A stretch of 64,000 bases of DNA from the IMG/VR virus record IMGVR_UViG_3300025450_000013, one strand, 5' to 3'. The notes beneath the pieces are model-generated. The model did not search any database and had not been told where the DNA came from. It was given only the letters and a program-made list of their open reading frames with translations. This DNA is from a virus. The position numbers and the translations under genes are program-made. Positions 47,531 through 57,127 of the stretch are shown here, one piece after another; position 1 is the first letter of the stretch, and each line of letters opens with the position of its first letter.

Positions 47531-50085
47531 GAAAAGAAATCCTCTAAACTGGCCGTTTTCTCGGCCTTCCACCCAATACTATCTAGTATAATTTTGAGAG
47601 GGTCAAGAAATGCCTTCTCAAATTGTGTATTATAATCTATATATTTAGATAAGGCAAATTCTTCCGGGATGCCGCCTTGTGGAAAAGATATAACATTGGA
47701 TTGGATGGTGTTTGGTTCTTTAAGGAACACAAACTTTAGTTTCTCACCGTTGTTGATTAGTGGATACTTAGTATCCAGTTTATGACTACGTAGAAAGTGA
47801 TTATATACGAGAGCACCACGCACATGAATAGGTGTCCCGCTTCCGTAGATAGACTTCTTATCAGCATACTTAACGAGACCATTGAGCCCACGAGGAAACG
47901 ATATGTCCGACAAAGGTAGATTTTCAAAAGAAGACCTGAAATCTCTAATAAAAGACTGAATATCTGTTTCGTTGCCGTCAAATATGACATCTACTGCCTC
48001 TCTTAGTTTCTCTCTACATGATGATGGAGTGGAAGACTTGACCATTTCAAGTCCCATAACTTTCTTCTTTGGTTTCTCGTATTGAACACCTTCATTGTTC
48101 CATACACTGAGAATGTATCTCTTCTTGGCGGTCCATATGGCCTTATCACATAGACCTTCTCTCTTCATAAAGATTTTTTGTTGAAATACATTAGTATAGT
48201 CACCAAGGTCTCCACAAGCGGTATCAATAACAGGTTGTATTTTATTCTCACATACTTTATCAAGGAAGGAGATGACTCTTGCCGTATCACCAGTGCCGAG
48301 GTCTTCACCAATAGTCTTGCCCACAAGCGGACCAAGGCGTAGGTAAACCGAGTCTGTATCAAGCGCAATGACATAATCCTCTCCTGTTGTCTTTAGTATT
48401 TTATTGAGATACTGGTTAAGTGTTCTTTCGATCCACCGTATTGAGAGTTGGCCAGTCGTCGTGACCGCAATCGCGTTACGTAGATCAAAAAACCTGAAAA
48501 ACTTGGAGCCAAGCGCACCATAGAGGGAGTTGAGTGATACTTTTTTAGAGAGTTGAAGATTGTTATACTTGGCGATTTTATTTTTAAGTTCTTTCTTTTT
48601 CTCAGGGTCTTTTTCATTTTCATAGGCCGCCTCGGCATCTAGCATCTCCTTCTTATACTTCTTACGATCAGCAAACATCTTCTCAACCATCTCTGGCATA
48701 AAACCTTGCTTGTCACGGCGATAGAACTGGCCATTAGCAGTTAGACATACATTGCTATCCTTTAAGGCAGATAGATCCAACTTACGGGCCAAAAGACTAT
48801 CAACACTAATATTGCTTGAAACAAGGCTGCGCATAGCATCATCGTAATCAACAGGTTCAATAATAGTCTCAGGGGAGATATTACTGCCCATAATGACACT
48901 AGGATACTCACTATTAACATCGAAACTAGCAACCCAATTATGAAATCCAATGATGGGATCTTTAACATAGGCACCCACATAAGCAGCCTCCTTTTCGTGG
49001 CGTTCAATAGGTGGCACAACCTTGTTCTGTGCCTTCAGATGATGGAAACAGATAACATCCCACATACGGACTTGTGCGAACACATCCTCAAAGTTACATT
49101 TGTTATCATAGGACAAAGTTAGAGCGAGTTCAATCAACTTGTTCTTATCATCAATCTTGTCAACGAGGTCAACGTCTTTGATGTTATAGTCGATGAACTT
49201 TTGATAGTCCTCCTTATACAGGTTGAACAAGGTGCCAACCTCTTCATAAGACAACTTTCGTTCACCAAGTTCTTCGTGTGCGATGTTGTCCAACTTATAG
49301 GACTCTTGTGACTTACCGTTCTTAGCATATCGTTGGTACAGGTCAAGCAAGTCAAGTGTGGCAATACCAAGGATTGAGTATGACTTAATCTTACGGTTCA
49401 TACCAAGGTCAACCATCTTATCGTTGATCACACCCCACGGAGATAGTTTCTTGGCCTCGTTTTCACCCATTAGTTTGCGAATACGATTGACCATATATGG
49501 TATATCGAAGTTCTGGACATTCCAACCTGTGATTACATCTGGATATTCCGATTGCCACCAACCAAGAAACTTACGAATAAGGTCAAACTCATCCGCACAT
49601 TTGAAGTATGTAACATCATCACGGGTGTTGTTATACACACCACAACCAAAGGTGGTGAACTGACCATCCATCTTCACGGTGATAGCAGTCAAAGGACCAA
49701 GAGCATGTTCTGGTTCAGGGAATCCACCACCATCAGGTTCACCGACCTCGATATCGATATTGGCCACTTTGATAAGGGACATATCCCAATCAACTGTGCC
49801 TTTGAACTCATCGGCAATAAAGCAATACTGATAACGAGTGTTGCCGTATACCTTAAAGTTCTCCACATTATCATACTGTGAAACAAAATCACGGGCATCA
49901 CGGATCGTACCTGGTTTTACTTTACCCAAGTATTCGCCATAGATTGTGGTGTATTTGGTGGGTGTGTTGGAAGGTACAAAAAGAGAAGGGTGATATTCGA
50001 CTTTATGCCTCACCCTTCTCCCTTGCTCAACACCTCGGTATAGGATCTTTCCACCCCATACTTCAACGTTTGTGTAAAATTTCAT
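47527..50085 (-). CDS. Family B DNA polymerase (T4 gp43-like)
   Basis: DIEV exo I, GWNVQNFD, YNIKD, SFDVNSEYPS, KVSLNSLYG, DTDS, KKRY. Confidence 0.96.
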   Translation of the reverse strand: MKFYTNVEVWGGKILYRGVEQGRRVRHKVEYHPSLFVPSNTPTKYTTIYGEYLGKVKPGTIRDARDFVSQYDNVENFKVYGNTRYQYCFIADEFKGTVDWDMSLIKVANIDIEVGEPDGGGFPEPEHALGPLTAITVKMDGQFTTFGCGVYNNTRDDVTYFKCADEFDLIRKFLGWWQSEYPDVITGWNVQNFDIPYMVNRIRKLMGENEAKKLSPWGVINDKMVDLGMNRKIKSYSILGIATLDLLDLYQRYAKNGKSQESYKLDNIAHEELGERKLSYEEVGTLFNLYKEDYQKFIDYNIKDVDLVDKIDDKNKLIELALTLSYDNKCNFEDVFAQVRMWDVICFHHLKAQNKVVPPIERHEKEAAYVGAYVKDPIIGFHNWVASFDVNSEYPSVIMGSNISPETIIEPVDYDDAMRSLVSSNISVDSLLARKLDLSALKDSNVCLTANGQFYRRDKQGFMPEMVEKMFADRKKYKKEMLDAEAAYENEKDPEKKKELKNKIAKYNNLQLSKKVSLNSLYGALGSKFFRFFDLRNAIAVTTTGQLSIRWIERTLNQYLNKILKTTGEDYVIALDTDSVYLRLGPLVGKTIGEDLGTGDTARVISFLDKVCENKIQPVIDTACGDLGDYTNVFQQKIFMKREGLCDKAIWTAKKRYILSVWNNEGVQYEKPKKKVMGLEMVKSSTPSSCREKLREAVDVIFDGNETDIQSFIRDFRSSFENLPLSDISFPRGLNGLVKYADKKSIYGSGTPIHVRGALVYNHFLRSHKLDTKYPLINNGEKLKFVFLKEPNTIQSNVISFPQGGIPEEFALSKYIDYNTQFEKAFLDPLKIILDSIGWKAEKTASLEDFFS

Positions 50086-50390
50086 TAAGGTGTGATTATC
50101 TTTGAGTTAGGAACAACAATTCCACCGAAAGTGGTATTGTATTGATTGACAAATTCTGTAATAGGTTTAACAATTGTTATAACATGTTCATGTTTAAATG
50201 TCAAGACCTTTTCTTCTGTCCATTGTGTATAAGGTGCAAAACCAACCGAAGGGCTTGAAGGATCTGTCTTATTAGGAACTACAACAATACGGATAGGATT
50301 CTCAATTTCAATTTCTTTATCATCATCGGAAATAACTTTTCCCATGATGTCTTCGCCTGTGATTAATCGTAAAATCTGTAAGTTTGCCAT
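50085..50390 (-). CDS. Conserved T4-like Sm-fold-like protein
   Basis: RLITGEDI..NP..VGFAPY..Y..TFGGIVVP. Confidence 0.7.
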   Translation of the reverse strand: MANLQILRLITGEDIMGKVISDDDKEIEIENPIRIVVVPNKTDPSSPSVGFAPYTQWTEEKVLTFKHEHVITIVKPITEFVNQYNTTFGGIVVPNSKIITP

Positions 50391-50596
50391 CAGTCAATAA
50401 TCTCCATTAGGTAGTCATAAACCCCAAGTGTAACCCACTTGAAAGGTGTAGTAGCGGCACGATTGCCGTATTCGTTAATAAATGTGTAAGAGTTGTCCTC
50501 ATCGGCAATCTTACCAATGCGTTCCCACTTTCCGTCATAGGCCCGCTGTTTAAATTCCGTCTCATAAATCGTCATATCTTTTTCATGGAATTGCAT
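50390..50596 (-). CDS. Hypothetical protein
   Basis: GAGGAG RBS. Confidence 0.6.
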   Translation of the reverse strand: MQFHEKDMTIYETEFKQRAYDGKWERIGKIADEDNSYTFINEYGNRAATTPFKWVTLGVYDYLMEIID

Positions 50597-50606
50597 GTCA
50601 ATCTCC

Positions 50607-51206
50607 TCAGTCCCATAGGCTACGATAATATTTACCGAACAATCTAAACCCGTTATTTATTCTGTTATTATACTCTTTTATACCATCTCTGTCAACCCAA
50701 TAATCAGGATTAGTTTGTTCCCAATACGATGTGTGTTCGTCATCACCATCAACAGGTATAATCTCATACTTTGGTTCACCATGAACAAACTGGTCTTCCC
50801 AGGAATCATCAGTTAGGTTCTCAAAGGCCCAAATCATTTCTTTTAGAACCCATTCCCACCTGTAATGAACCCAGTTGTCATCTTCTGTTCCATGACGCAT
50901 GTGTGGTGGAAGATCCTCATCATCAACCATAGCAGAACCGTGTTTGGTTTCTTTGAGTTGTTTGAGCATAGGAATAATAATGTGTGCGAGTGTTCTATCC
51001 ATATTCCAAGTATCATACTTGTCAATACGGACTTTTATTTTTTGATTTCCACCAATCTTGTTGATCCATTCACAAATATCATTCAACCAAGTCTTGGCAA
51101 GAAACTCACCAACTTTGTCATGTGTATCTTCACTAACAAATGGGATTAGTTGAGCGATTTGATATGGACCCCACCAGGTTTTATATTTACCTATGTAAAC
51201 TTTCAT
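50607..51206 (-). CDS. Conserved phage hypothetical protein
   Basis: VRIDKYDTWNMD.TLAHII.PMLKQL...EMIWAF...GFRLFGKYY.SLWD. Confidence 0.75.
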   Translation of the reverse strand: MKVYIGKYKTWWGPYQIAQLIPFVSEDTHDKVGEFLAKTWLNDICEWINKIGGNQKIKVRIDKYDTWNMDRTLAHIIIPMLKQLKETKHGSAMVDDEDLPPHMRHGTEDDNWVHYRWEWVLKEMIWAFENLTDDSWEDQFVHGEPKYEIIPVDGDDEHTSYWEQTNPDYWVDRDGIKEYNNRINNGFRLFGKYYRSLWD

Positions 51207-51369
51207 AATGTTCCCTCACAAGTTCAATAATGTTGTTAGCACAAGTACCGCACACAGGACCACAATCAAGGTCCTTTAGAACGGTACCAACGCTTGGTTT
51301 GGTTTCTCTGCCCTTGAGATAATCTATAATCTGTGTATCAGTCAGGACATTACAAGAGCAAATAATCAT
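51187..51369 (-). CDS. bfd: Bacterioferritin-associated [2Fe-2S] ferredoxin
   Basis: MIICSCNVLTD...CGTC. Confidence 0.8.
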   Translation of the reverse strand: MIICSCNVLTDTQIIDYLKGRETKPSVGTVLKDLDCGPVCGTCANNIIELVREHYESLHR

Positions 51370-51370
51370 G

Positions 51371-51706
51371 TTACTTTACGAAGTCACCATTAACCTCAAT
51401 AACCTTATCGTTGACAAGGATTAGAACAGGCTGAACGGTACCCTTACGTGCTACTGATGCTTTCTGTGGAGCAACTGCATCACAAATAACCTTAGCAATC
51501 TGTGCCGCAGTAAGAACGGAGTTAGAAGCATTAAGGATCTGTGCGATAGTTGTAGCAGCAGGTACGAAACCACATACAGCCTTGGTAGCATTTGCTACGT
51601 CTGTTGCCACAACTGAACTATTCGTGACTACTGTGGTTGGATTGAATGAGTTACAACCAGCAAGTGTAAGACCTGCGGCGACTGTAACCGCGATTAACTT
51701 TTTCAT
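51371..51706 (-). CDS. Lipoprotein
   Basis: MKKLIAVTVAAGLTLAGC lipobox. Confidence 0.75.
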   Translation of the reverse strand: MKKLIAVTVAAGLTLAGCNSFNPTTVVTNSSVVATDVANATKAVCGFVPAATTIAQILNASNSVLTAAQIAKVICDAVAPQKASVARKGTVQPVLILVNDKVIEVNGDFVK

Positions 51707-52059
51707 TTTGTTTCCTCTTCGTTTGGTACCCATCCATTTAATATATCCCAATGGTAACCAGGAACATCGTATGGTTGAGAAGGGTGTGTATTCTTCAATA
51801 AGAATATGATAAAACCTAATACACTAGCCGCAATAGCTGCTTGTGGTACAAATGGCGATATCAACTTTAACAAATCATCAATAGTTGATATTACCGCCAA
51901 ATCATTTTCTTTATTCTCTATAATCTTGACTATACTAGCCCAGTCAATATCTTCTGCTGTTTGTAGTACCTCAAGGATTTTACTTAGATTGATAGCACCT
52001 TCAGGTACCTCAACCGCACCATACTTAGTGGTTAGGTCGTTATAGATGTATTGTGTCAT
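51703..52059 (-). CDS. Membrane-associated hypothetical protein
   Basis: One hydrophobic segment; ATGA coupling. Confidence 0.6.
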   Translation of the reverse strand: MTQYIYNDLTTKYGAVEVPEGAINLSKILEVLQTAEDIDWASIVKIIENKENDLAVISTIDDLLKLISPFVPQAAIAASVLGFIIFLLKNTHPSQPYDVPGYHWDILNGWVPNEEETK

Positions 52060-52322
52060 TTCTTTTTAGGCACTGGTTTGATAGGAACAACCTTTTCAAC
52101 TGGATTAGGTGCTGGAACAGGTGTAGGAACTGGATTGAGTGATTTCTCTGGTAAAAGGATTGCTAGGAGACCACCAATAGCAGCACCGGCAGCAAGAATG
52201 TGAACTACCAACTCATCAGAAACAAGACCTGATGCTTTGAGGCCCATAGCGATTAGACCACCGCCGGCCCAGGTTGATGGCTCTTCCAAACGAGCAATAA
52301 TCCAAACTAGAACTTTAGGCAT
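52056..52322 (-). CDS. Two-TM holin-like membrane protein
   Basis: ARLEEPSTWAG motif, 2 TM segments, late promoter at 52359, GGAGG RBS. Confidence 0.55.
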   Translation of the reverse strand: MPKVLVWIIARLEEPSTWAGGGLIAMGLKASGLVSDELVVHILAAGAAIGGLLAILLPEKSLNPVPTPVPAPNPVEKVVPIKPVPKKK

Positions 52323-52357
52323 TATATCCTCCATAATGATGCCCACGATTAGGCACT

Positions 52358-53245
52358 CTATTTAGGCTTCCTGTCGTGTATTCTTTCATATGGATATTTA
52401 CCACCCCACTTACTACATCTTGGTTGAGAGGTACATTCACGGCAAACGGGAACATCTACCTCAACTCCATTCTTGGTTACAATCTGTCCGTCATACTTAT
52501 ATCCGTTTCTATCAAACGGTATTGTTGTCCATTCTACACCATGTTTGGCATAAAAGTCAACTGTTTTTTGCTGACCTGTCATTTGATCCACCTGTTTTTT
52601 TGATAGTTCAGGATAAACATTCTTATGCCAAAACTGTTTAACGGATGGAATAGTTGGATGGTCTCCGTATGATATAAAGTCTTCACACTTTTCGGAATCT
52701 ATCCACCAAGCAAATGGTTCTTTCTCTTTATTATGTATGGCACCAACAGGACAGGCCTTGGCACAATCATCACATCCTACACACCTGTTCCAGATTTTAT
52801 AGTTCTGCCTTCGGTCTGTAGGTACATCAGTTATCTCATTCTCAAACCTAAAGACCGTAATGTGGTGGTCAAATCCAAACTTGTAGGAATAGATTAAAGA
52901 GTTACGGGCGCGCACTCCGAGACCGGAGAGAATGGCCGCTTCTTTGTAGTTTGTATGTATATTCCAACATACGGCACCTTGTTCTCGGATTTGATTTATG
53001 ATACCTCTGGACTCATCGTAAATGGTATAATCCCAAGTATGACCTCTTCTTATAAGGACAATAGAGTTGGTAAGGTCGGTAAAATGAATAGTCTCACCGG
53101 AGCAATAGTTCTCAACACCGTGTAAGCTAACATACTTGACTGGATGATAAGCACATCTTTTTAGATCATCTCCTGTAAGATAACCAACATCCCAATCCTC
53201 TTCTTTAAATATTTTTTTGATATCATTAAATGAAATACTTATCAT
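52358..53245 (-). CDS. QueG-like 4Fe-4S protein
   Basis: KEAAILSGLGVRARNSL..FG, CVGCDDCAKACPVGAI, C..CRECT..C; start moved downstream of the tRNA. Confidence 0.7.
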   Translation of the reverse strand: MISISFNDIKKIFKEEDWDVGYLTGDDLKRCAYHPVKYVSLHGVENYCSGETIHFTDLTNSIVLIRRGHTWDYTIYDESRGIINQIREQGAVCWNIHTNYKEAAILSGLGVRARNSLIYSYKFGFDHHITVFRFENEITDVPTDRRQNYKIWNRCVGCDDCAKACPVGAIHNKEKEPFAWWIDSEKCEDFISYGDHPTIPSVKQFWHKNVYPELSKKQVDQMTGQQKTVDFYAKHGVEWTTIPFDRNGYKYDGQIVTKNGVEVDVPVCRECTSQPRCSKWGGKYPYERIHDRKPK

Positions 53246-53264
53246 TACAATCACAAAAGAGGAA

Positions 53265-53339
53265 TGGAGCGGAGACTGTGTAATCGAAACACAGATTCCA
53301 AGGTGGGAACCTTGGGTAATACCTTTATACGACCTCCGC
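53265..53339 (-). tRNA. Atypical tRNA-Gly (CCC or TCC reading) with encoded CCA
   Basis: GCGGAGG-TC-GTATAAAGGTATTAC-C-CAAGG-TTCCCA-CCTTG-GAAT-CTGTGT-TTCGATT-ACACAG-TCTCCGC-TCCA. Confidence 0.8.
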
Positions 53340-53376
53340 GAGGCACACTTGTCTGGGGACAAATCTATTTATGCTA

Positions 53377-53670
53377 CTAGAACCAACTACCTGGAGGAAC
53401 TGGATAAAATGGAAAGTTTGGGTTTCCTTTAGGTAAACAACAAACCTCAACCTTTATATTATCAGAGTCCAGTAGATCAAAGATCGAAATAATCTTATCA
53501 CTTTTCTTTTTAGGTGATTCAGGTGGTGGTGGAGGTCCGAACAAACTAGTGGTGACTTTAGATTTACCAAAGACACCATCTAGCATTTGACCTTTACCAG
53601 CACCACCCACACCATTAGCATAAGCATTAGTATAGAGCAAAACAAATGCTATGGCAAGTAGGTATTTCAC
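53377..53670 (-). CDS. Secreted hypothetical protein
   Basis: Signal peptide, Pro run. Confidence 0.6.
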   Translation of the reverse strand: MKYLLAIAFVLLYTNAYANGVGGAGKGQMLDGVFGKSKVTTSLFGPPPPPESPKKKSDKIISIFDLLDSDNIKVEVCCLPKGNPNFPFYPVPPGSWF

Positions 53671-53927
53671 TATGCTAATCCTGTTCCATCATGTTCTACA
53701 ACATCAGGTAGTTTAATGGAACCATCGGCATGACGTTCCTTCTTTTTGCGGTCAACACCAACAAAGTTTTCCGGATGCTTTAGTATTTCAGCAAGGAACT
53801 TAACAAACTCTGCTAGCTCTTCCTTGTTATACTTTGCACCAAGTTTTCCATCTTCCCTTAGATATGCCGTCAATAAACAATAAGTTTCATTTACACAGGC
53901 ATAAGATACTTTGTCATTTACAACCAT
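53670..53927 (-). CDS. Hypothetical protein
   Basis: AGGA RBS. Confidence 0.6.
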   Translation of the reverse strand: MVVNDKVSYACVNETYCLLTAYLREDGKLGAKYNKEELAEFVKFLAEILKHPENFVGVDRKKKERHADGSIKLPDVVEHDGTGLA

Positions 53928-54180
53928 TTTTTATCCTAACATTTAAAGTTTATTACCGCATCTTTCCATTCACCATCCATCGGCACCTTGGCGGCAACCT
54001 GACGCAAATGGCAAACCTTTGGTTCTACCTTCAGCTGGTGCGTTTGACACTCACCTGAGGACAGACAAATACTAATAACTGCGAATACTAACTCTTTCAT
54101 ATTACTTTCCTTATAATAAGAATAGTAAACCTACATAAAGAAGACCTACTATTACTCCGATTATAGTCGGCCAGAGAAGT

Positions 54181-54369
54181 TTATTCTCCTTGAGACTGTG
54201 AGACGGCTCGGTGGTAGTATCGCTCAAAGATACTAAGTCTGTCTTCTTCCGAATAACAGTCGGGAATTGGATAACCTTTGACTTTTTCCCAGACATGTTC
54301 AGCCATCTCCAATGTAAACTGTTTATCTTTATCCTCAGAGGATTGCGTAGAGTCCAACTGCCACTCCAA
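54181..54369 (-). CDS. Hypothetical protein
   Basis: Short ORF, start uncertain. Confidence 0.5.
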   Translation of the reverse strand: MEWQLDSTQSSEDKDKQFTLEMAEHVWEKVKGYPIPDCYSEEDRLSIFERYYHRAVSQSQGE

Positions 54370-54556
54370 GGGTAAAAGGAATCATATTGCTAATTAGAAC
54401 AACACCAAGGGCCGTCATAAACAATCCTGTATGTGTCTCTTCTTGTTCATCTGTCTCTTCGTGTTCTGCCACATTAGCATAAACCATACCCTTGATGAAG
54501 GTATTTACAAATACGCTGATGGCGATGGAAGAGATTATTAGTAGAATAAGAAACAT
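54335..54556 (-). CDS. Small membrane protein
   Basis: 2 TM segments, AGGAG RBS, late promoter at 54574. Confidence 0.6.
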   Translation of the reverse strand: MFLILLIISSIAISVFVNTFIKGMVYANVAEHEETDEQEETHTGLFMTALGVVLISNMIPFTLGVAVGLYAIL

Positions 54557-54702
54557 GTTTTCTCCTGTTTGTTTATTTAGTATAACGTTCCTGCTGTATT
54601 ACATTTTGGACATGCTCATATCGGGCACCCTCAAAAAGCAATATTAGTCCTATTTCACCAAGAATGATGAAAGCAAATACCCAACATAGTGTAGTAATCC
54701 AT

Positions 54703-54999
54703 TTAGTCATTTTTTTCACCTTTATAGATATACATCTTCTTTCGTTCGTCAGAAAGTTCTATTAGATAATCATTCTCTTTATCAAAGATTTTTAGATACT
54801 CTTCTTCCGAGATTTCACGATAAGAGAAGATGTCCTCACCAACATGGTTTTGGGCAAACTCGGTTAATCCTATCTCTGCGCCAGTAGCATGGTCGGTCAC
54901 AGTATCAAGGGCCCACTCAATTTCACCATCATCAGGTACCTCTACGGCATACATATGACGAAAGGTGGCCACGGTTTCTACCAATACAATCTTAGGCAT
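54703..54999 (-). CDS. Hypothetical protein
   Basis: LVETVATFRHMYAVE motif. Confidence 0.7.
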   Translation of the reverse strand: MPKIVLVETVATFRHMYAVEVPDDGEIEWALDTVTDHATGAEIGLTEFAQNHVGEDIFSYREISEEEYLKIFDKENDYLIELSDERKKMYIYKGEKND

Positions 55000-55000
55000 T

Positions 55001-55798
55001 TTATATCTCCGCTATTAGAACAGGATCAACTAAACTTCTTTCATTAGGATAACCGAATGGATTACACACAACTCTTGTTTCTCCGATTTTATAATCAAAA
55101 GCATTATGTGTATGACCATGGATCCATAGTTTTACATTATCAGTCATCATATGCTCCAGATCCGAAGCATACAATGTATTCAGTTCTTTATCATCAGCAA
55201 ACCTCTCATGGATGCTTTTCCATGAAGGAGCATGGTGAGTAATAACCACACAAGGTATATCTTTTACTCCTGCACCCGCAAGGATATCTTCTAGATATAT
55301 TCTTGATAGTTTATGTTCTATGTAAGCATCCTGCGGAGAAAACTTACGATAGTTGCCTTTAGCATCACAATACTTGATGACATTAAAATCATTCATGGCA
55401 AACCTTAGTCGGTTGGTCGTCACCGGATTTTGTATATCAGTATTGGTCCAAAGAGTAGATCCAACAAACTTTATACCATCAATAGTCGCACTCTCGTTAT
55501 CAAGAAAATGTAGGTTCTTATACTCAGCAAGAGCATTACGAAGAATATCGGCACTCTTGTTGAATGTGCCTTTATAGTGTTCATGATTGCCCATGATATA
55601 GATAACGTCCTTGAAGTTGGCACAGACCTCATCAAAGAACGTATAGTAACCAAGATTGTTTATATTGCGTTCTTTATTCTTAAAGGCCTTGGCAAGGCAA
55701 ATGTCGCCAGCCAGTACCAGCACATCCGCACCGGCATTGGGAATATGGACGTTATGTCCAAACTCAAGGTGAAGGTCTGATGCTATCTGTATCTTCAC
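55001..55798 (-). CDS. Metallophosphoesterase
   Basis: SDLHLE, AGDI, GNHEHY, THHAP, HGHTH, CNPFGY. Confidence 0.9.
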   Translation of the reverse strand: MKIQIASDLHLEFGHNVHIPNAGADVLVLAGDICLAKAFKNKERNINNLGYYTFFDEVCANFKDVIYIMGNHEHYKGTFNKSADILRNALAEYKNLHFLDNESATIDGIKFVGSTLWTNTDIQNPVTTNRLRFAMNDFNVIKYCDAKGNYRKFSPQDAYIEHKLSRIYLEDILAGAGVKDIPCVVITHHAPSWKSIHERFADDKELNTLYASDLEHMMTDNVKLWIHGHTHNAFDYKIGETRVVCNPFGYPNERSLVDPVLIAEI

Positions 55799-55991
55799 TT
55801 GCTTCTCCTGTTATTCCCATTTTATGGAGCCAAAGATTGTAATCGGTTCTAGACATGTAGTCTCTAAGCACTCTCTCAATAGCGTGACAGACACCATCCT
55901 CTTCTGGATTGTTTAGCATAATTTCATAGTATCCTTGTAAGTCCTGAACAACTATGGAACTTATTATGTGTCCTTCAATTTCTATTTTCAT
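55764..55991 (-). CDS. Hypothetical protein
   Basis: Coupled ORF. Confidence 0.55.
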   Translation of the reverse strand: MKIEIEGHIISSIVVQDLQGYYEIMLNNPEEDGVCHAIERVLRDYMSRTDYNLWLHKMGITGEASEDTDSIRPSP

Positions 55992-55992
55992 C

Positions 55993-56250
55993 TTATAGTC
56001 TCCTCAGGGTTTCTTTCACACTCAACCATTCTTGGTATTGGTCATTGGTAGAAAAGTAGTTTATAACCAAATCAAGAGCATTTAGGAACTCATCATCCGG
56101 AGGAATCGTCTCATCCGAACAATCATACTTATCAGGCTCACAGTTGATACGATAGGCGTCTTTTAGTGACTCCACTACGATTTCATCTTTTTGGCTATCG
56201 TTTAGTTTAATATCAACATCAACATTTACTTTCATCTTATTCATCCTCAT
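55993..56250 (-). CDS. Hypothetical protein
   Basis: Coupled ORF. Confidence 0.55.
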   Translation of the reverse strand: MRMNKMKVNVDVDIKLNDSQKDEIVVESLKDAYRINCEPDKYDCSDETIPPDDEFLNALDLVINYFSTNDQYQEWLSVKETLRRL

Positions 56251-56515
56251 CTTGGAATGGTATTGGTCTTAGAGTGTCCTGTGCCTTCATTAGTATCTCA
56301 GAAAGGGCCATACGATATTTGAAACCATCATCCTCTAACTTAGCAATATGGTCGTTATTTTCTCTTATCGTTTTGAGTGCTTCACGCATACGGCCTTTCC
56401 AAAAATCTATTTCTGCTGCTTGTGTCTCAATAGTGTCGGCGGCTTCTCCAAGCATTTTCATTCCGCTTGTAGTATGTCCAAGGCGCAGTCGTTCAAGCAA
56501 TGGTATGTCAGTCAT
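56237..56515 (-). CDS. Coiled-coil hypothetical protein (paralog of the next gene)
   Basis: MTD..L.RLR..EAADTIETQA. Confidence 0.65.
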   Translation of the reverse strand: MTDIPLLERLRLGHTTSGMKMLGEAADTIETQAAEIDFWKGRMREALKTIRENNDHIAKLEDDGFKYRMALSEILMKAQDTLRPIPFQDEDE

Positions 56516-56735
56516 CCTTCTCTCCTAATGTTTTACGAGCTTGGCGTATGCGTTCCATCACTTCGCTATCAGAGAAGTTATCGCCTAGTTCAGCAAACGG
56601 TTTCAGCGCCTTCTCCAGTTCCTCAATCCGCTTTGCTTGTGTCTCAATAGCGTCAGCGGCTTCATTGAGGAAATCTACATACATATTTTCGGCATGTTCC
56701 CGCAATCGCGTCACAAGGTCTGTATAGTCAGTCAT
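56508..56735 (-). CDS. Coiled-coil hypothetical protein
   Basis: MTD..L..RLR..EAADAIETQA..LEKALKPFA. Confidence 0.65.
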   Translation of the reverse strand: MTDYTDLVTRLREHAENMYVDFLNEAADAIETQAKRIEELEKALKPFAELGDNFSDSEVMERIRQARKTLGEKDD

Positions 56736-57127
56736 CGTGCCACCTTATTCAATGCTTTGAGGTCATCAGTCTCGGTCAATACCTGGAGACCACCCTTGTT
56801 ATACAAAGGCATAACTCGCTTTGCTTTGGCAAGGATGGCCTCTTGAACGTGCCGAGGTTCCTTATGTAGATTAGTCATAACACCACGTTTAGCGCAAGCA
56901 TACTTAGTACCTGACATACCTGCGGAAACATAGTCTGGACGCTCTACCTTTATATCCTTAGCACAATCCTTTACGCTATTCACTACCTTACGTGCCTTCT
57001 TGAGTTGAGAAATATGAAGACCTTGGGCCATCAACCATTCCTCGTGAGCAATAGCGGACTTGGAAGGTTTCTTGGCCTTCCGCTTCCGCAGATTAGTGGT
57101 GGTGTAATAGGCAGGTAATAAAGCCAT
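56732..57127 (-). CDS. Basic hypothetical protein
   Basis: PAYYTT..PLYNKGGLQ motif. Confidence 0.7.
   Translation of the reverse strand: MALLPAYYTTTNLRKRKAKKPSKSAIAHEEWLMAQGLHISQLKKARKVVNSVKDCAKDIKVERPDYVSAGMSGTKYACAKRGVMTNLHKEPRHVQEAILAKAKRVMPLYNKGGLQVLTETDDLKALNKVAR

Noticed and set aside
53246-53432. ORF extension to 53362 and plus-strand ORF 53217-53432
   Set aside because: The region is explained by the tRNA-Gly, its leader and its promoter.
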